A stretch of DNA of 63,106 nt, filler included, from Octopus bimaculoides (Eukaryota): NCBI RefSeq assembly GCF_001194135.2. It is 5 parts of 5 records of this genome, joined end to end, with 100 filler letters (N's around TTAATTAATTAA, not from the genome) between each part and the next. Parts side by side here need not be neighbours in the genome. Positions count along the whole stretch, not along the records: positions 1 to 25,942 come from NC_068983.1; 4 more parts are not named here. One strand, written 5' to 3'. This document shows, one piece after another, positions 1-10,308 of the stretch (its first letter is position 1; each line of letters starts with the position of its first letter). The notes under the pieces were generated by a model. It ran no database searches, was not told the DNA's origin, and worked only from the letters and a program-made list of their open reading frames with translations. The position numbers and the translations under genes are program-made.

Positions 1-319
1 CAAAACCACCACCACCACCACCACCACCACTACCACCATACCAGCATCAACGACCATTATCAGACACCGCATTCGTAGAGAAGTGAGATAATACTAACAA
101 TCCCTAACAATACTTGAGTCTCTACGAGGTTCCTCGACATGCTAGAAATAGTGACCAAATCTCACTTCAATCACATCCTAGCGCCTTAGAAAAGACGCTC
201 GTGGCTGCAATAACTGGTGATAAATTTGTTCGATCAGAGCAAACCTGGAGCTAAAAAAACAACAACAATAACAACTCTGGTTTCAAATTTTACCACAAGG
301 CCAGCAATTCTAAGGGAAG

Positions 320-462
320 TGGCTAATCGATTTGATCGACCTCAGTATTCATCTGGTACTTATTTTATCGACCCTCGAAGGGAGAAAGGCAAAGTTGACC
401 TCAGTTGAAATTGAAACCAGAACGTAAAGACGTGCAAAACGATTCTGCCAGCTCACCGCCTT
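320..462 (-). mobile_element. SINE family B fragment (tRNA-derived head GGCGGTGAGCTGGCAGAA; body GCCTTTCATCC..GGGGTCGATAAA..AGTACCAG)
   Basis: Matches other copies in this window (7376-7610, 8341-8573, 12069-12255). The head has an A-box-like TGGCAGAA and a B-box-like GTTCAAATTC in better-preserved copies. Confidence 0.8.
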
Positions 463-733
463 AACAGAAAATCTGATATTAAGAACGGAACCACCAAACG
501 ACAACACCAACATCAACATGAACACCTTGGCGTATGAGTTCTGGAGCAACTGGGCAAGCTTTTAGTTACTGAAGATTGGCAGGTACATACATACACACAC
601 ACACAGACACACACACACACACACACACNNNNNNNNNNNNNNNNNNNNNNNNNNNNNNNNNNNNNNNNNNNNNNNNNNNNNNNNNNNNNNNNNNNNNNNN
701 NNNNNNNNNNNNNNNNNNNNNNNNNNNNNNNNN

Positions 734-764
<31 letters not shown>

Positions 765-767
<3 letters not shown>

Positions 768-2124
768 GGGTTGGACAAAATAATGGAAACACCTAGCATC
801 ATACCATCATCATTTTGAAATATCTATAAAACCGTCAAAAGCTTGTTTGTTTTTATGTTTTTCGATCTATTAGTTTTGCTTAATATGTTTTGCTAAAATT
901 GGTGTTTCTTTTCAGATATCATTAGGAAAAGGTAATTAAAATTCATTAAAATGACAGATCTATCGTACTNNNNNNNNNNNNNNNNNNNNNNNNNNNNNNN
1001 NNNNNNNNNNNNNNNNNNNNNNNNNNNNNNNNNNNNNNNNNNNNNNNNNNNNNNNNNNNNNNNNNNNNNNNNNNNNNNNNNNNNNNNNNNNNNNNNNNNN
1101 NNNNNNNNNNNNNNNNNNNNNNNNNNNNNNNNNNNNNNNNNNNNNNNNNNNNNNNNNNNNNNNNNNNNNNNNNNNNNNNNNNNNNNNNNNNNNNNNNNNN
1201 NNNNNNNNNNNNNNNNNNNNNNNNNNNNNNNNNNNNNNNNNNNNNNNNNNNNNNNNNNNNNNNNNNNNNNNNNCGAAAACAGCCGAAATGTTTGGCGCAT
1301 CAAGAAATATTGTCTCGAAAGTAATGACACCCTTTGAGAAAGAGGGAAAAACCTCCTCGTCGAAACAAAACTCCGGAAGAAGACCAAAACTTTCAGATAG
1401 GGACTCTTACGCGAATTGTTAGAAAGGATCACAAAAGTACAGCTCCCAAAATTACTGCAGAGCTTAATGAAGCCCATGAGAACCAAATTTCCACAAAAAC
1501 TGTTCTTCGGGAGTTGCACAAAGCCGGATTTCATGGGAAGGATGTAATCATAAAACTACTACTTTCAAAAACAAATGTTGCAAAGCATTTAGAGTGGAGT
1601 AAAAACCTACAGAATTGATCCCTAGAGCAGTGGATGAATGTTATTTTCTCGGAGGAGTCATCCCTTACATTATTTCCGACCACTGACCGAGTATACGGGT
1701 GGAGACAACCAAAAGAAGCATTTGACTCAGACTGCCTTCTTCAAACTGTTAAACATGGAGGAGGATCTGTGGTGATCTGGGGGTGGGGGTTATATCTTGG
1801 AAATCTGCCGGCCCAATGGTTTCCCTTCATGGCAGAATTAATAGTCAAGACTATTCAAGCATTTTATCTGATCAAATACATCCTATGGTTGCAGAACTGT
1901 TTCCGGAGGGAAACGCAATCTTTCAGGATGATAATGCACCAATTCACACAGCTAAAGTTGTTACTGAATTGCACGAGGAACATTCTAGTGAAGTTGAACA
2001 TCTTATTTGGCCACCACAGTCCCCAGATCTCAATATTATTGAGCATTTATGGTGCATTTTAGAAAAAAAAGTAAGGAGTCGATATCCTCCATCATCATCA
2101 CTACAAGAACTGGAGACTGTTTTA
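765..2124 (+). mobile_element. Tc1-like DNA transposon, 5' part (left TIR plus decayed transposase), interrupted by gaps
   Basis: TA at 763-764 followed by a TIR-like CAGGGGTTGGACAAAATAATGGAAACACC. Downstream transposase homology runs to the gap at 2125. Confidence 0.9.
1334..2124 (+). pseudogene. Tc1-family DDE transposase pseudogene (DD36E spacing)
   Basis: Motifs TAPKITAELN, ISTKTVLRELHKAGFHG, VIFSEES (first catalytic D appears as E), TVKHGGGSVVIWG, IFQDDNAPIHTA and WPPQSPDLNIIEHLW. In-frame TGA at 1616-1618 and a frameshift near 1790. Confidence 0.92.
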
Positions 2125-2654
2125 NNNNNNNNNNNNNNNNNNNNNNNNNNNNNNNNNNNNNNNNNNNNNNNNNNNNNNNNNNNNNNNNNNNNNNNNNNNN
2201 NNNNNNNNNNNNNNNNNNNNNNNNNNNNNNNNNNNNNNNNNNNNNNNNNNNNNNNNNNNNNNNNNNNNNNNNNNNNNNNNNNNNNNNNNNNNNNNNNNNN
2301 NNNNNNNNNNNNNNNNNNNNNNNNNNNNNNNNNNNNNNNNNNNNNNNNNNNNNNNNNNNNNNNNNNNNNNNNNNNNNNNNNNNNNNNNNNNNNNNNNNNN
2401 NNNNNNNNNNNNNNNNNNNNNNNNNNNNNNNNNNNNNNNNNNNNNNNNNNNNNNNNNNNNNNNNNNNNNNNNNNNNNNNNNNNNNNNNNNNNNNNNNNNN
2501 NNNNNNNNNNNNNNNNNNNNNNNNNNNNNNNNNNNNNNNNNNNNNNNNNNNNNNNNNNNNNNNNNNNNNNNNNNNNNNNNNNNNNNNNNNNNNNNNNNNN
2601 NNNNNNNNNNNNNNNNNNNNNNNNNNNNNNNNNNNNNNNNNNNNNNNNNNNNNN

Positions 2655-2688
<34 letters not shown>

Positions 2689-2843
2689 TGTATGCATGTA
2701 TGCAGGGAGGTAGGTAGGTAGGTAGGTATGTAGATAAGCAAGCAAATAAATAGACCGACAGACAGACAAATAAATAGGTAGATAGATAGGCAGGTAGGCA
2801 GACAGACAGGTAAGCAGATAGATAGATAAATCGATAGATATAA

Positions 2844-2903
<60 letters not shown>

Positions 2904-3010
2904 TGTGAGAGAAAGAAAGAAAGAGAGGAGGAACAAAACATACAGAATATATAATAAATGAGCGAATGTTTGTATGTGTACGTATGTGTATGTATATATG
3001 GATGTATATG
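2655..3010. repeat. Compound microsatellite (TG)n/(GGTA)n/(GATA)n/(GA)n
   Basis: Read directly from the sequence. Confidence 0.95.
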
Positions 3011-4089
3011 TGTACATACACAACGTGGACAACGTGAACAACTCAAGGAGAAAAAAACAGAACACGCGGTAGAGGGAAGGTGTAGGGGGAGAGTGTGAAA
3101 GCAAAAGAGAAAATGGGATGAATATTAAAAACAACAACAAAAGTTAGAGGAAGGAAGAAAGAAAGGGAAGAAGAAAAGAAGTAGAATGAGTCTATGGTTT
3201 CAAATGTGTGAAAGGAATGGAATGGAATGGACATTAATAAAACGATGGCGAGGAAGAGAAATTTCGAGAAAAAAAGAAAAAATAACGAAGATTACATTTT
3301 CACCTTTGCTTTTCGTTCTTGCGATTTTGTTTCTCCTAACATCTTTTTTTTTTTGGCTTTATATTTTATCTTCTGATTGTTATTTATTTTTATAGTAATT
3401 TTATTGTTTATTTATTTGTTTGCTTGGTGTTTTGCTTGTTTGTTTGTTTGGTTGGTTGGTTATTTTTTTTTTGTGTGTGCCGTAAATGAAGACGTGTTAG
3501 AAAGAAATATGAAAGAAGTCTTGGCAAATTGTACAGTATAATGGCCTGAACAATGGAGTGTGGAAATAAAATACGGATATTTGATTGGCTTTTAAGTTAA
3601 AGAGAGATGGGATAAAGAACGAGAAGAACTGACAGAGAAAAAGAGAGATGGAGAGAAAGGAAAGGGAAAAGAGAAGGAAGAAATAAACAGGGGGAAGGAG
3701 AAGGAAGAAATAGGAAGAAATGGGAAGAGTGGGGTAGAGGTGACTTGTAAGTTCGTGTTCACGGTGATGGTGGCTGTCATCATTATAACGGTAGGTGTGA
3801 TATTAATGTGTCGCTGTGGTCGAAATATTGATAGTTGGTGCGGTAGTGGTGTCGCTGGTTGTGATGACAAGGTGCTGGGTGTAGTGTCGATGATGACGTT
3901 GTTATTTAGCCCTAGGCAATATCTGACAAAGCACCACACTCATGACCATCCCGTCATGCTTCTTTGTTTTCAGCAATACTGTATCTTTAATTCTATTAGC
4001 TAAGGTTTTGTTTACTGAAATGCAGAAGACTGCGATTTGAGAAGGATTTGGCTACTATTTCTTGCATATTGATGAATTACGGAATGTTG

Positions 4090-4300
4090 TTGTTGTTGTT
4101 GTTGTTGTTTAGCCTCAAGTTAAGTCTTATGGATTAACTAATAATTAAAGGCATTCCATCCATGATCATCCTACGCATTTCTTACATGAAAATAACCCAT
4201 GACCACATTCTGCAATGAGTAATTTTCTAAGACGGTTGAATGTGATTTCATATAGATTTGGCTGCTATTTCTAGCGAGTCGTGGTCGTTGCCTTTGTGAC
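4090..4300 (-). repeat. Dispersed repeat family G (..GCTAGAAATAGCAGCCAAATC...GCTGACCTGGGGCTAAACAAC(AAC)n), decayed; other copies near 121-215, 55280-55700, 62370-62450
   Basis: Shared blocks TGCTAGAAATAGC.ACCAAAT and GATGGTCATG..TG.AA.G.CTTT recur at those positions. The (CAA)n tail suggests a retroposon. Confidence 0.6.
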
Positions 4301-4799
4301 ACAACTGAGACGATAAATAGAAAGAATGATCGTGTTTTCTAATTCATATAAAGCGAAGAAAAATAACCAAATAACCCACGCAGGATCGAATACAAATGAG
4401 TCCTCAGATGGCCGTTTCTATAGAGATAGGAAGATAAATATTTATCAAATCATATTTTCCTCACCTTTAAAAAAAAAAATGAAGGATAGAAACGATTGGA
4501 AAATTTATGATTATTGGTCTAACAAAAGGATTAGGTTTGACCAGGATTACCTTAACTAAGGTAATCTTACTCGCTCAGTCCCTCCTCTTTCTCTGAACTC
4601 ACACACATATATACATAATGCTATTGTATAAGAGTTGGGGAGATATACTAGTCTATAACTATGTTTCACGTGTACATCTCTTTCTCTCTCTCCCTCTCTC
4701 TCTATCCTTTTATCTACCTGTCTATCTATCTCTGTGTATGTTCGTCTATCTACCTAGTTACCTATCTGTCTTTCTATCATTTTACACATGTAACCACAT

Positions 4800-4970
4800 G
4801 AGAATCGTTGACGATTTTCTTCTTCCATCTTCCTTTCTGTTGGACTCTCCTCTGTTTCTGAAGAAGAGCGTTGCTCGAAACGTCAATCCATCTTTCTTTC
4901 CTTCCCTGAGCGTCTGCTAATTCGTTACATGTACCACGTCCTCGCGTTGTTGTTTTTTGTGTCTTTTTTT
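4800..4970 (+). mobile_element. Penelope-type pseudo-LTR fragment carrying a minimal hammerhead motif
   Basis: The hammerhead core is followed by CTTTCT..CTTCCC.GAGCGT...CTAA, which is shared with the opposite-strand copy at 5041-5430. The fragment ends at a (TA)/(CA) tract. Confidence 0.65.
4854..4888 (+). ncRNA. Minimal type I hammerhead ribozyme motif
   Basis: CTGAAGA (4858-4864), A, stem II GAGC/GTT/GCTC (4866-4876), GAAA (4877-4880), C, GTC cleavage triplet (4882-4884). Stem III is reduced to palindromic ACGT and stem I is short (TT/AA). Confidence 0.75.
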
Positions 4971-4985
4971 TTGGGGGGGGGGATT

Positions 4986-5016
<31 letters not shown>

Positions 5017-5040
5017 GCACGCACACACATATATATATAG

Positions 5041-5430
5041 TGAGAATTTACAAAAAAACGAAAGACGAAGATGGGTGTCTAAACAACAAATAGATGCGTT
5101 AGTTTAACGCTCGGGAAGTGAGAAAGTCATTTACGTTTCGAGCCTACGCTCTTCGACAGAAAGGAACACAGAAATAAACAGGGAGAGAAAATAGGAAAAG
5201 TTTTAGTAGCTAGCGATCTATCACGGCGAATGCCGGACAGAAGGGTCACACAGAAGAGCTAGGAAGAAGGGGAGATAATAAAGTAGTGTGATCCCAAAAA
5301 CGAAGGTGCGCGTGATGTGTATGTGAGAGCGTGTATATGTGTGTGGGAGGTGGGGCATGAAGCATGATTTGGTTCCAAGAAATGTCTAGAGCAGGGTTAA
5401 GGTAAAAACAAAACATACAAAACTAAGTAT
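5041..5430 (-). mobile_element. Penelope-type pseudo-LTR (second family) with variant hammerhead
   Basis: Minus strand reads ..CCTTTCTGTCGAAGAGCGTAGGCTCGAAACGTAAATGACTTTCTCACTTCCCGAGCGTTAAACTAA.. and ends in a T-rich stretch abutting (TA)n at 5040. The far boundary is approximate. Confidence 0.6.
5129..5162 (-). ncRNA. Hammerhead-like motif with non-canonical core CUGUCGA
   Basis: CTGTCGA (5159-5153), A, GAGC/GTAG/GCTC, GAAA, C, GTA triplet (5134-5132). Same architecture as 4854-4888. Confidence 0.6.
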
Positions 5431-5899
5431 ATTGCGACCACGGGTGACGAAAATATTGGTGGAACTTAAAAACAAAAACTAAAACATTAAAACACAACCG
5501 TTCAGATATTGTGTGGGACCCCAAAAATAAGTATCCTCTGTTGTAGGAATCACCTTCCATCTGGATAGCCATGTCGTTAAAAAAATGAAAAGAGTATCTA
5601 TAGACCGTTTATGAGGAATTTATAAATCCAGTATCTAAGACGCACTTCCAACGTCGTACCTGTTATTACTATATAGGATAATAGTTAGGGTACGTACCAA
5701 CTCACTCAAAGCACAGTATTCCTGAACTTAGGTTCTTGAGAAGAGAAGCAACTACTTGACTTATTCACTATAAAATAAGCACGATATCGGGGGAAAAGAA
5801 AAATCTATAAGACATTCCTTAGTTTTAAAGGATAACGAGCAAAGCAAGATGCTTTATCAGCGAAATGGCCAATCAAAATTATAAATGGAAAAGAATACA

Positions 5900-5937
5900 A
5901 ACATACAAAGATATGTATGTATGTATGTATGTATGTG

Positions 5938-5990
<53 letters not shown>

Positions 5991-6091
5991 TGACAGACAG
6001 ACAAACAGAGAAAGAAAGAGATAGGTAGATAGATAGATGATAGAGAGATAGACAGACCGACAAATAGAGAAAGAAAGGGATATATTGAGAG

Positions 6092-6134
<43 letters not shown>

Positions 6135-6170
6135 AAGATAGATAGATAGATAGATAGATGGATAGATCTA
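5900..6170. repeat. (ATGT)n/(AGAT)n/(AGAC)n microsatellite
   Basis: Read directly from the sequence. Confidence 0.95.
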
Positions 6171-6740
6171 ATCGTTTGAATCTGAGATTGAAATACTTCG
6201 TTGATTCGACCCCGAAATTTTACTGGCAATTCTCTGACAGACCCCGGAAAGTTTACAAGATTATTCCGGTGAACTTTGAACTGAGAACATAACAGGATGT
6301 AACTAAAAACCGCAAGTAATATACGTCTGACGTTCTACTGATATCGTCTGCCATCTACCGATATCGTCTGCAAATAGTGATATTTTACGTATTCATTTTC
6401 TTGTTTCTTTTCCTGTATCGTCCTCGTTTTCCCCCATCTTTCCAAAATATCCAACCACTAAACAATTACGTTCCATTGTTTGTTTTTGTCCCATTTTCGC
6501 ATGTGTTTGCTTGATTAATTGCTTGGTTGAGTATCCACTCTTGTATATCAGAAACTAGTGAAGCTACAAAATTCGAATTTTTATATCAATGGTCATTACA
6601 GGAAAAATAAAAACGTTTATTAAATTTCTTCACACACACACACACACACAAATACAGACAGACACACATACACGTGCATACATACGTACATACATGGATA
6701 AATACATACACATATATACATATATAAATAACACACACAT

Positions 6741-6802
<62 letters not shown>

Positions 6803-7219
6803 CTATATACCTACATATACACCTACACCTACATACACACACATTTATATATATGTGTATGTGCGTTTGTGTATACATATTTGCATGTATATATATGTAT
6901 ATATATANNNNNNNNNNTCCTTTTATCGTTTTGTTGGAAAGAAAAGGGAAGTGACCATGACATTTTATTTCTTTCTGAGGGCCCCTTCCCCCCTGAGATT
7001 GATATAAAGAAGTGAGGAGGTTAACCCCAGACTGGAGACGTGGCCGTGAATGCTTGCAGCAATGTGTACGCCGCTAAAAACAACAAAGATTCCGGGTGAT
7101 GGCTTGAAATATAGCAAAGGATTATGGTCTACAACTCAAGAAGTGCGAATGTAAAGAGCAAGAACGAATTGCATAAACCATATCTACCAGAATATAACAG
7201 TTCTGTTATCCCCTCCCGA

Positions 7220-7610
7220 CTAATCATATTCTATCCACCCCGGAAAAAATGAAAAGCAAAACTGACCCCAGCAGAATTTGAACTCAGAATGTAGAGACCC
7301 GGGATGAATACCGCAAGGTATTTTGTGCCAATGTCTGACAACACAGTTCACTGTCTTCATACGTAGTCCAATACTAAGGCGGCGGGGCTGGTAGAATTGT
7401 TATCGTGCCGAACAAACTGCTTAGCGGCATTTCTTTCGACTTTACGTTCTCAGTTCAAATGCCACCGAGATTGACTTTGCTAATTAAACCTGCTAACTAA
7501 ACATCCTTTCGACGTTGATAAAATAATTACCAGTTGAGGACTGCGGTCAGTGTAATCAACTGATCCCCTCGTCCAAAATTGCTGGTGTTGTGCCAAAATT
7601 TGAAACCAAT
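7220..7610. mobile_element. Two SINE family B copies, divergent (7220-7345 minus, 7376-7610 plus)
   Basis: The AAGGCGGCGGGGCTGGTAGAAT head starts at 7376. The reverse-complement body GAATTTGAACTCAGAA lies at about 7275-7290. Confidence 0.75.
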
Positions 7611-7697
7611 ACGTTGTGTTCAACTCTATTCAGCAAGTTGTGTAGAACATCATGCAAAGACCAGGTCTGTAATCAAAATGTGTGGCACTACATTCAA

Positions 7698-7962
7698 AAA
7701 CATAAATAAAATAAATGCGCCCTTTTAAAGCCTAGCCAGGCTCATGGGCCCGGTTTCCCGGTTTCAATGGCGTATGTGTTCCCCAGCTGGACGGGACTCC
7801 AGTCCATCGCAGCGTGACTCATTTTTGCCAGCTGAGTGGAGTGGAGCAACGTGAATTGAAGTGTTTTGCTCAAGAACACAACGCGTCGCTCGGTCCAGGA
7901 ATCGAAACCACAATCTTACGATCATGGTGCTGACACCCTAACCACTAAGCCACACGCCTCCA
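7698..7962 (-). mobile_element. Full-length tRNA-SINE family D (head + CORE-like + V-like domain) with 12-bp target-site duplication
   Basis: TSD CACTACATTCAA at 7686-7697 and 7963-7974. A box TGGCTTAGTGG, B box GTTTCGATTCC. CORE-like TGTGTTCTTGAGCAAAACACTT..CAGCTGGCAAAAATGAGT, then CTGCGATGGACTGGAGTCCCGTCCAG and a (TTTA)n tail. Confidence 0.9.
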
Positions 7963-8160
7963 CACTACATTCAATAACTGAGCGAAAAATCTATCGACTT
8001 AATCGATCCCAGCACTAAAATGTTATCTATTCTATGGATGAACGACGCAGTTAGGCGAGATTTGGCAAGATTTGCATTCGTTAATACCGCAAAACACTTA
8101 ACATATCTTGTCAATGTATCGCTCTTATATTTAATAATAATAACTTTAGCTAACTATAAT

Positions 8161-9025
8161 TCTTTCTATTCTAGGCACAAGGTCCTAAATTTTGGAGGAG
8201 CGGGTCAGTCGATTAGATCAACCCCTGTACGTAACTGGTACTTAATTTATCGAGCCCGAAAGGATGAAAGGCAAATTGAACTCAAAACGTTGTGGCAGAC
8301 GAAATACCACTAAGTATTTCGCCCGGCGTGCTAACGTTTCTTATTTCTTTACTGCCCACAAGGGGCTACACATAGATGGTACAAACAAGGACAGACAAAG
8401 CGATTAAGTCGATTATATCGACCCTGGTGCGTAACTGGTACTTATTTAATCAACCCCGAAAAGATGAAAGGCAAAGTCGACCTGGGCGGAATTTGAACTC
8501 AGAACGTAGCGGCAGACGAAATACCGCTAAGCATTTCGCCCGCTGTGCTAACGTTTCTGCCAGCTCGCCGCCTCAGATAATATAAAGTATTGGCTAAAAA
8601 CTTGGGACGATGTAATCGACTTCCCCTCCCCTCAGATATTGCTGGCTTTGTGCCTAAGTTTGAAGCTAATATCATTATTGTGCTAGACAAAATACTTAGT
8701 GGCATTTTCCCCTGTTCTTTGTGCTCTGAGTTCAAATTCGACCGAGGTCTACTTTGCCCGCTATCATTTCGAGTTCGTTAAAATAAATAGGCATCAGTTG
8801 AGCTCTGACCTCCATGTAATCAACTTATTCACACCCACTACCACTACCACTAAAATTGCAGGCCTTGTGCTGAAATTTGAAACCAACATTATTATTATCC
8901 TGTTGAAGGCGGCGAGCTGGCAAAATCCTCGGCGCGTCAAACAAAATGCTTAGTGACAATTTTTCTGGATGTTTAAATTCCGAGTTCAAAACCCGCCGAA
9001 GTTGTCTTTTACCTTTCATCCCTCC
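8161..9025. mobile_element. Cluster of at least four SINE family B copies or fragments (8161-8340 -, 8341-8573 -, about 8600-8790 +, 8906-9025 +)
   Basis: Repeated GCTAACGTTTCT, GAATTTGAACTCAG and CTTTCATC blocks in both orientations. Confidence 0.8.
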
Positions 9026-9694
9026 GGAGCTTCGGCATACTAAGCTTAGAACATTTCCATTGATCTGACGTGCAGGAAGATGGCGTACAATTGCGTGGAT
9101 GACGTCACAGCTATGTGCGATCGAGCGATCTGAACATTCCCAATACGCAGCAACGATGGTTAGCACGAATCTTAACGAGACAAATTGGTGGACTTGCATA
9201 TTTGTCTCACATCAACGAAGCGTAAAACGTTGGTATTTGACAAATCTGAAGGCTCCATGATAATTAAGCAATTCTCAAGATAAAACTCTCTTACTCATAA
9301 CGTTGCTGATGCATTTCCACAACTTACTAGCGTCACTAAATTTACATAACTGTCCTTCGCATAATCTGATCTTTGTTTCTATACCTGCATTGTCGAGTGT
9401 AAACGTATTCAATCAATAGTTTGCTGCGTTTAAGCATAAATAGCTGTGAAAAGAGTTGCAGAGAAATATTCATTGATTAAAGAACTTATGGTGGGATTTC
9501 AAAGATAAAGATTCTTCCCTGTGAAGATTGGTTCATAAGATTAAAAACAGCGTTACATGCTTAGAAAGAAGTTGTTCCTGGTTTTTCGTTTGATTAAATA
9601 TTGTTAAATGTAATTAACATTTTACCGCTCATTATTGCAAGAGAAATTTTGTATTATAAGCATTCGATCGTTTACAAGTGTATTAAAAGACTAA

Positions 9695-9978
9695 GTGGAG
9701 GCGCAATGGCCCGGTGGTTAGGGCAGCGGACTCGCGGTCATAGGATCGCAGTTTCGATTCTCAGACCGGGCGTTGTGAGTGTTTATTGAGCGAAAACACC
9801 TAAAGCTCCACGAGGCTCCGACAGGGGATGGTGGCGAACCCTGCTGTACTCTTTCACCACAACTTTCTCTCACTCTTACTTCCTGTTTCTGTTGTGCCTG
9901 TAATTCAAAGGGTCAGCCTTGTCACACTGTGTCACGTTGAATCTCCCCGAGAACTACGTAAAGGGTACACGTGTCTGT
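9695..9978 (+). mobile_element. SINE family C, truncated by a gap
   Basis: Near-identical to 16592-16976. tRNA-like head GTGGAGGCGCAATGGCCCGGTGGTTAGG...GTTTCGATTC. Confidence 0.9.
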
Positions 9979-10308
9979 NNNNNNNNNNNNNNNNNNNNNN
10001 NNNNNNNNNNNNNNNNNNNNNNNNNNNNNNNNNNNNNNNNNNNNNNNNNNNNNNNNNNNNNNNNNNNNNNNNNNNNNNNNNNNNNNNNNNNNNNNNNNNN
10101 NNNNNNNNNNNNNNNNNNNNNNNNNNNNNNNNNNNNNNNNNNNNNNNNNNNNNNGAGGTGGAAGAAGAGGAGGAGGAAGTGAGGAAGAAAATGGTGGGTC
10201 CGAGTGGCAATAAAAATCTGGAGGCCATCCAAAACGGTTGAGACTAATGAAACAGCTGAAACCAAGTGTGAATATCTATTTGTATTGCTTAATATCTACA
10301 AGAAAATA

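Noticed and set aside
3740-4003. 87-aa hydrophobic ORF resembling a membrane peptide
   Set aside because: It derives from GT-rich degenerate trinucleotide sequence and has no splice or Kozak support.
5571-5880. Possible decayed PLE ORF start next to the 5.0-5.4-kb pLTR
   Set aside because: Eight stops in about 100 codons and no recognisable motif, so it cannot be supported.
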